Positions 9,331 to 19,350 of a stretch of DNA of 64,000 nucleotides are shown here, one piece after another. Origin of the DNA: Myxococcota bacterium (GTDB taxonomy: Bacteria > Myxococcota_A > UBA796 > UBA2385); the NCBI GenBank assembly GCA_044344255.1, contig JBIJDH010000029.1:13414-77413 (forward strand), given 5' to 3'. A program made the position numbers and the translations under genes. Positions within the stretch are counted from its first letter, which is position 1. The number at the start of each line of letters is the position of its first letter. Under the pieces are notes generated by a model. The model was not told the DNA's origin, made no database searches, and was given only the letters and a program-made list of their open reading frames with translations.

Positions 9331-12213
9331 TTGTTCGAAGCCTTGGCACGCTTTGTCACCGATCGGCGCTCGGCTTGGCTCATCGTCTTCGGCACCTTGC
9401 TCGTCACCGTGCTCTCCGCGGTGTTGTCGCTGCGCCTCGAGAAGGAGGACGACGTCCTCGCCTTCCTCCCGGCGACCAACCCCGAGGTCAAGGCCTTCCA
9501 GGATATCAATCAGCGCTTCGGTGGCCTCGACGTGGCGCTGATCGGCGTCCAGAGCGCCGACGTCTTCGCCCCCGCCTTTCAGGAGGCCTTGAAGGCCACC
9601 ACCACCGAGCTCGACGACCTCCAGGGCGTCGACAACGTGCTCACGCTGGCCAACGTCCAGGACTTCCAGCCCGATCCCATGGGCGGCATCCGCTCCGCCA
9701 CCCTCATCGAGGCCGTGCCCACCGACGCCGCCGGCGTCGAGGCCTTGCGCGCCCGGGTGATGTCCCGCGAGCAGGTGGTGGGCAACCTCGTCGATCACGA
9801 CGGGAAGGCCGTCATGCTCTACGTCTTCAAGGCCTGGGGCACCGACACCCGCACCTTCGCCACCGCGGTTGAGGCGATCGTGAAGCGGGGCTTCCCGAAC
9901 GAGCAGCTCTACTGGGGCGGCGCCCCCTTCGTCTCCCGCTACATCTTCGACGCCACCGAGCGCGACCTCGCCCGCCTCACCCCCTGGGCGGTGGCCGCCA
10001 TCCTCGCCGTGATGCTGCTCGCCTTCCGCGACCTCGTCGGCACGCTGCTCGGCGTCATGACCACGGCGGTGGGCATCTTCGTGACCCAGGCGATGATGGT
10101 CGTCGCGGCCGAGCGCTTCAACATTGTGCTCGGCTCAATGCCGGTCATCCTCTTCGCGGTCGGAAGCGCCTACGGCATCCAGGTGCTGTCCCGCTACTAC
10201 CTCCACGCCCTCGAGGGCAGCCCGGCGGAGGCCGTCCGCCGAACCCTCGTCGACACCGGACCCGTCGTCGTCCTCGCCGGCCTCACCACCATCGCCGGCA
10301 TGGGGTCCTTCGTGATGATGGACATCCTGCCGCTGCGGGTGTTCGGCATCTACACGGCGCTCGGCGTCCTCATCACCATGATCGCGGCCCTCACCTTCAT
10401 CCCTGCGGTGTTGGTGCTCGTCGGGGTCAAGGGCCACCGGCCGGGCGGCGATCCGCTGCGCAGGGTCGTCATCGCCGTCGCCCGCTTCGCGGGTACGAAG
10501 CGCCTCGCCGTCGGCCTCAGCCTCGGCCTCGTCGCTCTCGTGGGGGTCGCGGGCACCACCCGCCTCGACACCCGGATGGACCAGGCCTCCTTCTACGACC
10601 CCGGCACGCCCCCCGACGAGGCCGACCGCTTCCTCCGCGAGCGCTTTGGCGGCTCGCTGTTTGTACAGATCTGGGTGAAGGGTGACACCGGTGACCCCGA
10701 GCTCTTGCGGGAGCTCAGCGCCCTCGGCGACCGCCTCTCTCTCTTACCCGGGGTCGCCCAGGTCCAGCACGTCGGTGACGTGCTGCTCACCATGAACGAG
10801 GCGATGGACGGCCAGAAGCGGCTGCCCGACTCGGCGCAGAAGGTGGGGCTGCTCCACGGCCTGCTCGCGGGGAACCCGGCCATCCGCCAGCTCCTGAGCG
10901 ACGACCGCCAAGAGGCGCTGATCCACATCCGCCTCCGCTCGAGCGAGCTCGACGCGGTCGCCGACACCCTCGTCGCCATCGAGGCGATGGTGAAGGACAC
11001 CGCCCCCACCCGCTTCACGATCCAGCCCCGGCCGGCCGACGGCGGTCGCATCATCGACCGCACCGTCTCCCACCTCCTCGCCCTCTGTCACAAGGAGGTG
11101 GCCGACTGTCCGGCCGCGGGCACCGAGGCCGCCCTCCGGCAGCTCGTCGTCGCGGCCGCCGCCATCGGCCCCGACGCGGCCGACCGTGGCGCGGTCGCTC
11201 GACGCCTCACCGACTTCCTGCAGTCCGGCGAGTCGAGCGTCCTCCTCGAGCCCGCCGCCGCCGAGGCCCTCGGCGCCGCGCTCGCCGCGCTCGGCGCCGC
11301 CCCCGAGGAGGCCGCCCTCCGCGCCGCCATCCAGGCCACCCTGCGCCCCGCGGCCGGCGACCCGCTCGAGGACGACCTCCTCCTCTCGCTCGACGCCCCC
11401 CTCCGCGAGTCCTGGTCGGCCGAGGTGGCCGTCGCGCGCGCCGCGCCGATGCTCGAGGGCGTCATCCCCCTGCCCGCCGGGGCCGAGCGACGGGCGCGCT
11501 TCGAGGCCTCGCTCCGCTCCGTCCTGCTCGACCTCGACAGCCCCACCGTCGCCGTGCCCGCCGAAGACGGCGACCACACGGCCGCCTGGGTGGTGAGCGG
11601 CCTGCCGATCATGCACCGCGGCCTCTCCGACAGCGTCACCGGCAACCAGCTCCGCAGCCTCGCCTTCTCCATCTTCTCCTGCGCGGCGCTGCTGGTGATG
11701 GCGATGCGCTCGCTGTCGGGCGGCCTCGTCGCCGCCGCCCCCACCGCGCTCACCATCCTCGTGCTCTACGGCGCCATGGGCTTCCTGGGCGTTCACCTCG
11801 ACATCGGCACCTCGATGCTGGCGAGCATCGTCATCGGCGCGGCCGTGGACTACGCGCTCCACCAGATGAGCGCCTGGTACGCCACGCCCGAGGAGCCCCT
11901 CGTGATGGGGGCCATTCGCTCCGCCGCCCGGGTGTCGACCGCCACCACCATCGGCGCCGTCGCGATGGCGGCCGGCTTCTTCGTGCTCACCCTCGGTGAG
12001 GCGCGCCCCCTGCGCAACGTGGGCGGCCTGACCTCGGCCGGGATGTTGCTGTCGGCGCTCTCGACCTTCCTGGTGCTCCCCGTGCTGGCCCGAAGGCGGA
12101 GCTACTTCCCGAACGCCGCTGAGCCCGATCCGGCCGACGAGGGGCTCCCCGACTACGGCGCGACCGCCTCGAAGCCCAAGCCCTCCTCGACCCCGATGAT
12201 GGAGACGACATGA
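9331..12213 (+). CDS. MMPL/RND-family lipid transporter
   Basis: Two TM clusters separated by periplasmic domains, GSAYGIQVLSRY and IGAAVDYALH motifs, LTTIAGMGSF; translationally coupled (ATGA) to the next gene. Confidence 0.9.
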   Translation: MFEALARFVTDRRSAWLIVFGTLLVTVLSAVLSLRLEKEDDVLAFLPATNPEVKAFQDINQRFGGLDVALIGVQSADVFAPAFQEALKATTTELDDLQGVDNVLTLANVQDFQPDPMGGIRSATLIEAVPTDAAGVEALRARVMSREQVVGNLVDHDGKAVMLYVFKAWGTDTRTFATAVEAIVKRGFPNEQLYWGGAPFVSRYIFDATERDLARLTPWAVAAILAVMLLAFRDLVGTLLGVMTTAVGIFVTQAMMVVAAERFNIVLGSMPVILFAVGSAYGIQVLSRYYLHALEGSPAEAVRRTLVDTGPVVVLAGLTTIAGMGSFVMMDILPLRVFGIYTALGVLITMIAALTFIPAVLVLVGVKGHRPGGDPLRRVVIAVARFAGTKRLAVGLSLGLVALVGVAGTTRLDTRMDQASFYDPGTPPDEADRFLRERFGGSLFVQIWVKGDTGDPELLRELSALGDRLSLLPGVAQVQHVGDVLLTMNEAMDGQKRLPDSAQKVGLLHGLLAGNPAIRQLLSDDRQEALIHIRLRSSELDAVADTLVAIEAMVKDTAPTRFTIQPRPADGGRIIDRTVSHLLALCHKEVADCPAAGTEAALRQLVVAAAAIGPDAADRGAVARRLTDFLQSGESSVLLEPAAAEALGAALAALGAAPEEAALRAAIQATLRPAAGDPLEDDLLLSLDAPLRESWSAEVAVARAAPMLEGVIPLPAGAERRARFEASLRSVLLDLDSPTVAVPAEDGDHTAAWVVSGLPIMHRGLSDSVTGNQLRSLAFSIFSCAALLVMAMRSLSGGLVAAAPTALTILVLYGAMGFLGVHLDIGTSMLASIVIGAAVDYALHQMSAWYATPEEPLVMGAIRSAARVSTATTIGAVAMAAGFFVLTLGEARPLRNVGGLTSAGMLLSALSTFLVLPVLARRRSYFPNAAEPDPADEGLPDYGATASKPKPSSTPMMETT

Positions 12214-13004
12214 ACACCCCTGCGACGTCACGCACGCTCCGCGCGAGGCTCCTGGGCCTCGGGCTCAGCCTCGCCCTCTCGGTCGGCCTCTCGGCGGGCC
12301 TCGGCTACAGCGCGCCCGCCTCGGCCGTCGACGCGAACGCCCTGCTCTCGAGCGTAGACACCGCCGCCACCCCCGCGGGCACCAAGTACCTCAAGTTCGA
12401 GGCCACCACGCAGGAGCCCGGTAAGCAGCCGAAGCAGGCCACCCTGGCCTTCAGCTCGCTCGGCCCCAAGCGCATCGTCGACTTCTTGGCCCCGGGCGAC
12501 GTCAAGGGCACGCGCGTGCTCGTCATCACCGCCGACCAGATGTACATCTACCTGCCGGCCTACAACAAGGTCCGCCGGGTAGCGAGCCACACGACCACGC
12601 AGGGGATGCTCGGGATGGTCTTCGGCGACGCCGAATTCTCGATCACCCGCTACTCCGACATGTACACGGCGGTCCTCGACTCCGAGACCGCCACCACCAC
12701 CGAGCTCAAGCTCACCGCCAAGCCCGGGGCGGCCACGGCCTACCCCACGCTCGGCCTCTCCGTGCGCAAAGACAACAGTCTCCCGGCGGAGATCCGGTAT
12801 TTCAACGCCAAGGGCGAGAAGCTCAAGACCGAGACCCGGCAGGACTACATCTGTGACGGCCCCATCTGCGCGCCCCAGCGGCTCCGCCTCACCGATCACA
12901 CCCGCGGCGACGCCTGGACAGAGCTCAAGCAGGTCGAGTGGAAGGTCAACACGGGCATGACCGAAGAGGACTTCAGCTTGAGGAGCCTCCAACGTGCTGG
13001 CTGA
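12210..13004 (+). CDS. Outer-membrane lipoprotein-sorting (LolA-like) periplasmic protein
   Basis: Signal peptide; FLAPGDVKGTRVL, MYIYLPAYNKVRRVAS, C-terminal FSLRSLQR typical of LolA-like proteins beside MMPL genes. Confidence 0.85.
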   Translation: MNTPATSRTLRARLLGLGLSLALSVGLSAGLGYSAPASAVDANALLSSVDTAATPAGTKYLKFEATTQEPGKQPKQATLAFSSLGPKRIVDFLAPGDVKGTRVLVITADQMYIYLPAYNKVRRVASHTTTQGMLGMVFGDAEFSITRYSDMYTAVLDSETATTTELKLTAKPGAATAYPTLGLSVRKDNSLPAEIRYFNAKGEKLKTETRQDYICDGPICAPQRLRLTDHTRGDAWTELKQVEWKVNTGMTEEDFSLRSLQRAG

Positions 13005-14706
13005 GCTGCTCCTCCTCTCGGCCGGGGCGGCCCTCGCCGACGAGCCCACCCTCGACTTCGGCGGCGCGGTGTCCACCGACATCCGCTACCGCCTCTCCCC
13101 CATCACCACCGGCCCCTGGTACCAGACCTTCGAGCTGCCGGAGGGCTTCGTCCGCTCCGAGAGCCGGGCCACCTTCAAGCTCAAGGCGCGCTCCGGCAAG
13201 GCCGGCCTCGTCACCGACTTCGACCTCATCTACGTCGGCCTCCCCCAGCCCGAGACGGTGGGCGACCTCGCCCTTCACGAGGAGCTCGACCCCTTCCGCA
13301 TCGACGCCCGCACGATGGCGCTGCAGGTCCGCGACCTCGGCCTCGCCGGCCTCGACCTCAAGCTCGGCCAGCAGCTCGTCCAGTGGGGCACGGGCGACCA
13401 GTTCAACCCCACCAACAACCTGAACGCCGACAACCTCGAAGACCCGCTGCGCTTCGGGGAGCAGCTCGGCAACATGATGGTGCGGCTCGACTACAACCCC
13501 CTCGGCTGGTTCACGCTGACCGGCGTGGTCGTGCCGGTCTTCAAGCCCGCCCTGCTGCCCGCGACCGGCGAGCTCTCTCTCGCCGCCATCGACCGCGTGC
13601 CGGTAGACGAGGATGAGCTCCGCTGGCGGCTCCTGAGCGAGCAGAACTTCGCCCGCGACTCCGGGGCGGTGCTCAACCCCACCATCGTGAGCGGCACCAC
13701 CGTCGACCTCCCCGACCTCACCCTCGGCGAGATGCAGGAGGCCGTCCAATTCGCCACCTCGGTGGGCGGCCAGGACGTCGCGCTCTCCTATTACCGCGGT
13801 CGCAGCGACTTCCCCGTCGCGGCGGCGAACCACACGGTCCAGGAGATCTACGCCGAGCCCCATTGCAACCCCGACGACAGCGAAGACTGTATCAACGGGA
13901 TGTTGCACACAAACGTGACGCTCGCTTACCCGAAGATGCAGGTGCTCGGCCTGAACGCGGCCGGCCAGCTCAACGCCTTCGGCTGGATCAACCCGAGGGT
14001 CAAGCCCCTCGGCTACCGCCTCGAATTCGCCTACATTCGGCCTGAAGAGACCACCATAAAGCTCACCAACGAGGCCATCGACTTCGGGCTCATCAAGACG
14101 GAGGCCGGCGAGTACGAATACGAGCTCGGCGAGGGCGAGCGGCCGGTGGTCTCGCCGGGCGACGACTTCATGAAGTGGGTGGTGGGCGTCGACTACACGA
14201 TCACCAAGTACTTCTACACGAACATCCAGTGGGTCCACGGCATGCCCGATGAGTTCGGCGCCGGCGACTGGATCACCGCCGGAGAGGTGGTGCGGGCCGC
14301 CAGCACCCCCGTCGAAGACCCCGCGCTCCTCGCCTGCGCCTTCGATCGCGACGGCTCGACCTGCGCCACCGAGACCCTCCGCCCCCGCATCGGCGACTAC
14401 CTCGTGGCCGGCTTCGACGTGAAGCTGGGCAGCACGCTGATGCGCGTCTTCGGCATCGTCGACCTCACCGGGGTGGCCGTGGAGTCTTACGACGCCGACA
14501 AGGGCGAGCGGGTGCGCAAGGAGTACGGCTGGACCACGCCGGAGGGGCGCTCCATCGTGCTCTATCCGGAGCTCAGCCACAACTTCTTGAACGGCTTCGA
14601 GCTCTCGGCGGGGGCGCTCTTCCTCGTGGGAGAGCCCTACACCAAGTTCGGTGACCCGGCCTCCGGTGGCAACCTCGCCTTCACACGCGCGAAATACAGC
14701 TTCTGA
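12994..14706 (+). CDS. Outer-membrane beta-barrel protein (DUF1302-like)
   Basis: Signal peptide, DLKLGQQLVQWGTGDQFNPTNNLN motif, C-terminal AKYSF barrel signature; overlaps the upstream stop. Confidence 0.8.
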   Translation: MLAELLLLSAGAALADEPTLDFGGAVSTDIRYRLSPITTGPWYQTFELPEGFVRSESRATFKLKARSGKAGLVTDFDLIYVGLPQPETVGDLALHEELDPFRIDARTMALQVRDLGLAGLDLKLGQQLVQWGTGDQFNPTNNLNADNLEDPLRFGEQLGNMMVRLDYNPLGWFTLTGVVVPVFKPALLPATGELSLAAIDRVPVDEDELRWRLLSEQNFARDSGAVLNPTIVSGTTVDLPDLTLGEMQEAVQFATSVGGQDVALSYYRGRSDFPVAAANHTVQEIYAEPHCNPDDSEDCINGMLHTNVTLAYPKMQVLGLNAAGQLNAFGWINPRVKPLGYRLEFAYIRPEETTIKLTNEAIDFGLIKTEAGEYEYELGEGERPVVSPGDDFMKWVVGVDYTITKYFYTNIQWVHGMPDEFGAGDWITAGEVVRAASTPVEDPALLACAFDRDGSTCATETLRPRIGDYLVAGFDVKLGSTLMRVFGIVDLTGVAVESYDADKGERVRKEYGWTTPEGRSIVLYPELSHNFLNGFELSAGALFLVGEPYTKFGDPASGGNLAFTRAKYSF

Positions 14707-14767
14707 GCGAAGCACGCAGCGAGCGGAGCCGCCGCGGGGAGCTCGGGACGATGGAGCGGGGTTCGGG

Positions 14768-15475
14768 ATGAAGATCGGCCTCCGCCGCCGCCTGCTCCGC
14801 CGCGGTCCCGCAAGGGACTGCGGGGGTCCCGCCCAGCCGCGATACCGCGACCGGAGCTTCCTCGGCGATGAGGTGAGCCCCGACCAGGCCTGCATCGAGG
14901 GGAAGCTCGACGGGCTCCTCGCAGGCGAGCGGGGAGCGGGTCGGCCGCGCTGGCTGCACGTGGGCATCGGCGGCTCCCGCATCGCGCGACGGTACGCCCC
15001 GGGGTTCGCCGACATCGACGGCGTCACGGTGCAGCAGGACGAGCTCGACCAGGCCCTCGCGCTGGCGCTCCCCGGCTACCGGCCGCGCCTCCTCGACAAG
15101 TACGGCCCCGCGCTCGCCCGGCTCGAAGGCCCCTATTCGCTCATCATCGACAACAACCCCTCGAGCTTCGCCTGCTGCCTCCGCCACTTTGACGAGCTGC
15201 TCCAGACGTACGCCGCGCGGCTCGCACCGGGGGGCCTGCTGCTCACCGCCTCCCGTGGCCTCGCCTTCTGTGAGCCCTACGCCTTCGGCCTCCGTCCCTG
15301 GGAGCTCGGGCTCCGCGGTCGCCGCCTCGGGCTCCGGCTGGTCTACCTCGGTGACACCGTGTGGGGGCTGCGGCGCCCGGTCGTGCCCGCCGCGGCGCCC
15401 GAGCCGGCTGGCCCCTCGAGGGCCTCCACCACGTCGAGCACGTCGCCCTCGTCGAAGAAGTCGACCAGCACCTGA
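14768..15475 (+). CDS. Hypothetical protein, SAM-dependent methyltransferase-like
   Basis: WLHVGIGGS (motif I-like), YSLIIDNN, LAPGGLLLT (motif-like); 3' end overlaps the convergent gene. Confidence 0.55.
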   Translation: MKIGLRRRLLRRGPARDCGGPAQPRYRDRSFLGDEVSPDQACIEGKLDGLLAGERGAGRPRWLHVGIGGSRIARRYAPGFADIDGVTVQQDELDQALALALPGYRPRLLDKYGPALARLEGPYSLIIDNNPSSFACCLRHFDELLQTYAARLAPGGLLLTASRGLAFCEPYAFGLRPWELGLRGRRLGLRLVYLGDTVWGLRRPVVPAAAPEPAGPSRASTTSSTSPSSKKSTST

Positions 15476-16269
15476 TTGGGCAGCCGACCGGTCTCGGCCT
15501 CGCAGCGGCGGATGTGCTCTTCCAGCGCCGACCGGGCGTTGGCGACGGCGGCCAGCTCGGCGTTCGCGATAGGATCAGTCACGAAGTGGTTCAAATTGTA
15601 CAGATCATTCGTGATCTCGCCCCGATCGGCCCCACAGGTGAAGGGGTCCCCCTCTTTGTAGCTGTACGGATTGTCCACCCAATAGGTCCACTGGTCGAGG
15701 TACCAGCCCTCCGCACCGCCCCCATCGCTGGTCCACACCGCGACCCGCTCTCCCCCCTCGATCATCTCCGCGAGCGTCGGCCAGGGCTCCCCCGCCTCAT
15801 GGTGGAGGACGAGGTCGAGCAGGCCGCTCTCGGCGAAGGCGGCCTCCGTGGTGGCCGCATCGACGTAAGCCTCGAAGGTGATGATCAACACCTCATCGGG
15901 GTTCTCATCGAGGAAGGCACGGATCTCTCCGAGGCCCTCTACCAACGGCTGGCTGCCGAGCGAACAATAGCCGTGGCAGAGCTGCGCGACGCCCGCCGCC
16001 TCTCCCTCGGTGCCGAGGTGGGTGTCGAGGTTGAGGCCGCGGACGCCGGCCTCGAGCTGCGCGGGCACCGCGACGTGCTGGTTTGGCCCGAGCCAGCCGC
16101 GCTCCTCGGAGGACATGGCGTTGTGGGTGGCGGCGAAGGTCACCTGATCGAGGCGCCGATCGCAGCGCGCCTCGTCTCCGTTACAGCGGAGCGCGCCGCC
16201 CTTCGCGCCCGGCCCGGCGCAGGCCAAGAGGGCGGCCGAGGCGAGCAGGAGCGGGGAATACGGGGACAT
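15343..16269 (-). CDS. PI-PLC-like phosphodiesterase, lipoprotein
   Basis: Lipobox LLAC; LDQVTFAATHNAMS, NQ...QLEAGVRGLNLDTH, LCHG, ENPDEVLIITFE, PNQVLVDFF; GGAGG before ATG 16269. Confidence 0.85.
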   Translation of the reverse strand: MSPYSPLLLASAALLACAGPGAKGGALRCNGDEARCDRRLDQVTFAATHNAMSSEERGWLGPNQHVAVPAQLEAGVRGLNLDTHLGTEGEAAGVAQLCHGYCSLGSQPLVEGLGEIRAFLDENPDEVLIITFEAYVDAATTEAAFAESGLLDLVLHHEAGEPWPTLAEMIEGGERVAVWTSDGGGAEGWYLDQWTYWVDNPYSYKEGDPFTCGADRGEITNDLYNLNHFVTDPIANAELAAVANARSALEEHIRRCEAETGRLPNQVLVDFFDEGDVLDVVEALEGPAGSGAAAGTTGRRSPHTVSPR

Positions 16270-16471
16270 CGGGGCCTCCATCATGCCAAGCGCCCTCATC
16301 CTGTCACAGTCTCGTCATGACACAGCCCCGTCCGACCACCGCCGGGCGCCGCAGTGACGGGTCCGGTCAGGCGCCTGACAGATCTCGGCAGGTCGCGGCG
16401 GGTCGTTCCACGAGGCTCCCGAGAAAGGGCGTTTCCGCCAACGTGGAACTTCGATCTCGGCAGGGGTGTCG

Positions 16472-17800
16472 ATGGCATACTTGTTGCAACATTTTACGAA
16501 TCGTGACCCTTCCCGACCTACACCGCATGCGCCCCCCCCCTGTCCCACCGCACCGTGGTTCGGCGGCTCCCAGGAGGAGCCCCTCGCCCCTGCGCGTGGG
16601 GTGCGCGGGATGATCTTCGGTCAGCGCGTCCTCATCGTCTTTGAGGCCGAGGGCCCCCGCGCCGAGCGGGCCCTCGAACAGCTGGCTCGGAACATCGACG
16701 GCTACGGGCACCTGCGAAAGAACACAGTCGACCTCCTGCTCCGCGGCTCCCCCCTGGTGCCTCCCCTGGGGCTCCCCTTTCGGGCCGTCCGTGAGCTCGG
16801 CCCCCTCGAGCCCGAGCTCTTCCCCGGCTTGGGCGCCGAGCAGCTCCGCCACCTCGAGGGGGCCGGCGCGCCGCTGCTACCGCTGCTCTTCGCCGCCCGC
16901 GAGGCGTACGACCACGTCCTGCTCTGGGACGGCGCCGAGCACCCGGTCGCCGCGGTCGGGCCCCGCGAGCGGCCCCAGCTCGCCGCGACCGACGTCCTCG
17001 GCGCGCACCTCAGCCCGGACGCCGATCTCACGCTCGGCTTCGTCACCGGCTACACCTCACCGCTCCCCGGCTTCGACGCCGCCGGGCTCAGCCCCTCCGC
17101 CGTGGAGGCCTTCTCGGCTGCGCTGCAGCTCATCGCCCCCCACATCGACCCCGAGCCCCTGCTCGGCCCCCGCCGGCCGCTGCGCGCCCTCGCATCCCTG
17201 CCTGCGAATCGGCGAATCACCGACGCCGACGAGATGCCGACCTACCAGGGCAACCTCTGCATCCGCGTGGCCGCCATCCGAGAGGGCCGCCTCCCCGCCT
17301 TCCACGCTTCGCCCGGCGGAGCCGTCGAGACCCTGGGCGACTTCTCCCACGCCCGGGTGATGGGGGTGCCTGCCGGGAGCTTCCGGGACACCATCGGGGA
17401 GCAGCCCGCGCTCGACCGCCCCGAGCTGCCCACCCGCTTTGAGGCCCCGGAGCGGGACGCCGAGGCCGCGTTGCGCCGCTTCGGCGTCGCGCTCCGCTCC
17501 GCGATCGCGCAGGCGCCGCTGCGGGTGCACCTGCAAGACGGCGCCCTCGCCTGGGTCCGCCTCGCCGAGCTGAGCATCCGCCTCCGCCCCCTCGACGCCC
17601 GGCTCCACGCCGAGTGGCCGGCCCTGGCCGCCCTGCTGCCGGGGGGCCTCTCCGGCGGACTCGACGCCGCCATCCGGCGCCTCCCGCGGGATGTCGCCGC
17701 GCTGGAGGACACCCGCCGCCTCTGGGGAGGCCTCTGGGGCCCGAGGGGGCAGCCCCGCCGCGGCGCCGTCGGCCTGCCCACCCTCGCCCTCCCAGGCTAA
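16472..17800 (+). CDS. Hypothetical protein
   Basis: Long ORF with GC3 bias filling the gap before the CLC gene; no recognisable motif. Confidence 0.6.
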   Translation: MAYLLQHFTNRDPSRPTPHAPPPCPTAPWFGGSQEEPLAPARGVRGMIFGQRVLIVFEAEGPRAERALEQLARNIDGYGHLRKNTVDLLLRGSPLVPPLGLPFRAVRELGPLEPELFPGLGAEQLRHLEGAGAPLLPLLFAAREAYDHVLLWDGAEHPVAAVGPRERPQLAATDVLGAHLSPDADLTLGFVTGYTSPLPGFDAAGLSPSAVEAFSAALQLIAPHIDPEPLLGPRRPLRALASLPANRRITDADEMPTYQGNLCIRVAAIREGRLPAFHASPGGAVETLGDFSHARVMGVPAGSFRDTIGEQPALDRPELPTRFEAPERDAEAALRRFGVALRSAIAQAPLRVHLQDGALAWVRLAELSIRLRPLDARLHAEWPALAALLPGGLSGGLDAAIRRLPRDVAALEDTRRLWGGLWGPRGQPRRGAVGLPTLALPG

Positions 17801-17842
17801 TCCTCCACGGGCGGCCCCTCCCTGCGCGCCCCGGGAGCGGGA

Positions 17843-19054
17843 GTGACGAGACCGCGGCGCCTCCGTGCACTTGGACAGTGGCTCATCCTGGGATCGACCG
17901 TCGGGGTGGTGTCGGGGAGCGCCTCCGCCCTCTTCCTCACCCTGCTCGACCTCGCCACCGAGACCCGCGAGGCGCACGAGGGCCTCGTCTTTGCCCTGCC
18001 CGCGGCGGGCCTGTTCATCGGCTGGTTCTATGAGCGCTACGGGGCCCCCATCCGGGGTGGCAACAACCTCGTCATCGACACCCTCCACACCTCCCTTCGC
18101 CAGGACGGCCCCGCCCTCCCCCTCCGTATGGCGCCGATGGTGCTCTTCGGCACCGTGCTCACCCACCTCTTCGGCGGCAGCGCCGGGCGCGAGGGCACCG
18201 CCGTGCAGATGGGGGCGAGCCTCGCCGACGCCCTGGCCCACCGCCTCGGGCTCCCGCGCGAGCTCCGTCGACAGCTGCTCATCGCCGGGGTGGCAGGCGG
18301 CTTCGGCTCGGTCTTCGGCACCCCCGTCGCCGGGGCCCTGTTCGGCCTCGAGCTCCCGACGCTCGGTCGGATCGACTCCCGCGCCGCGGCCCCCGCCTTG
18401 GTGGCCGCGCTCGTCGGCGACATGACCACTCGCGCCTGGGGCGTCACCCACAGCGCCTACCCCCTCGCCCCCACGGTCGCGCTCGGGCCGGGCCTCGCCC
18501 TGCGCTGGCTGCTCTTCGCCGGCGCGGTCGCCCTCGTCTCCGCCGTCTTCATCGAGCTCACCCACCACATCAAGGGGCTCGGTGAGCGGCTCATCCCCCG
18601 GCTGCCGCTGCGCCTCTTCGTCGGCGGCGCGGCCCTCGTCGGCCTCTGGCAGCTCGCGGGCACGAGCGACTACCTCGGCCTCGGGGTCCCGACGATCCTC
18701 CGCGCCTTCTCCGATCCCGCGCTGCCGGCCCACACCTTCGCCCTCAAGCTCCTCTTCACGTCGCTCACGCTCGGCGTGGGCTTCCTCGGCGGAGAGGTGA
18801 CGCCGCTCTTCTTCATCGGCGCCGCCCTCGGGAGCGCGCTCTCACCCTGGATCGGGGTCCCCACGGCGCTCGGCGCGGGTGTGGGCCTCGCCGCGGTCTT
18901 CGGCGCCGCGTCGAACACGCCGATCGCGCTCTCGATCATGGCGGTGGAGCTGCTCGGCGCCGGCGCCCTCCCCCACGTCGCCCTCGTCTCGGTCGCCGCC
19001 TGCTTCTTCAAGGGGAAACGGAGCATCTACCCCGCGCAACGGGCCGAAGGATGA
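17843..19054 (+). CDS. eriC: CLC-F type fluoride/proton antiporter
   Basis: All three CLC-F clade signatures are present: GNNLV, GREGT, GEVTP. Confidence 0.9.
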   Translation: MTRPRRLRALGQWLILGSTVGVVSGSASALFLTLLDLATETREAHEGLVFALPAAGLFIGWFYERYGAPIRGGNNLVIDTLHTSLRQDGPALPLRMAPMVLFGTVLTHLFGGSAGREGTAVQMGASLADALAHRLGLPRELRRQLLIAGVAGGFGSVFGTPVAGALFGLELPTLGRIDSRAAAPALVAALVGDMTTRAWGVTHSAYPLAPTVALGPGLALRWLLFAGAVALVSAVFIELTHHIKGLGERLIPRLPLRLFVGGAALVGLWQLAGTSDYLGLGVPTILRAFSDPALPAHTFALKLLFTSLTLGVGFLGGEVTPLFFIGAALGSALSPWIGVPTALGAGVGLAAVFGAASNTPIALSIMAVELLGAGALPHVALVSVAACFFKGKRSIYPAQRAEG

Positions 19055-19350
19055 CAGCCGAAGCTTGACAATTGCACAGGCCATCGTGAATGCGTCGAGG
19101 TGCGCGAAGCGAAGCCCTCCGTCCAGCGACTTCCAATTCGGAATCTTCGGCGGATTGATCCCAATTCGGCCCCCTCGCAAGTCCTCCCCTGAAAACCTTA
19201 TCAATTGCACATACGCGGGCGGGCCGGTGGCCGAGCGCGCCCCGCGGATGGTCGTGGAGCGCAAGCCACTCTGACCGGAGGCCCCGTGGAGGGGCGGGCC
19301 CCCGTGGCCGGGCCCCCTCGCGAGAGGTAGAGCAGGCGCCGAGGGCGAAC

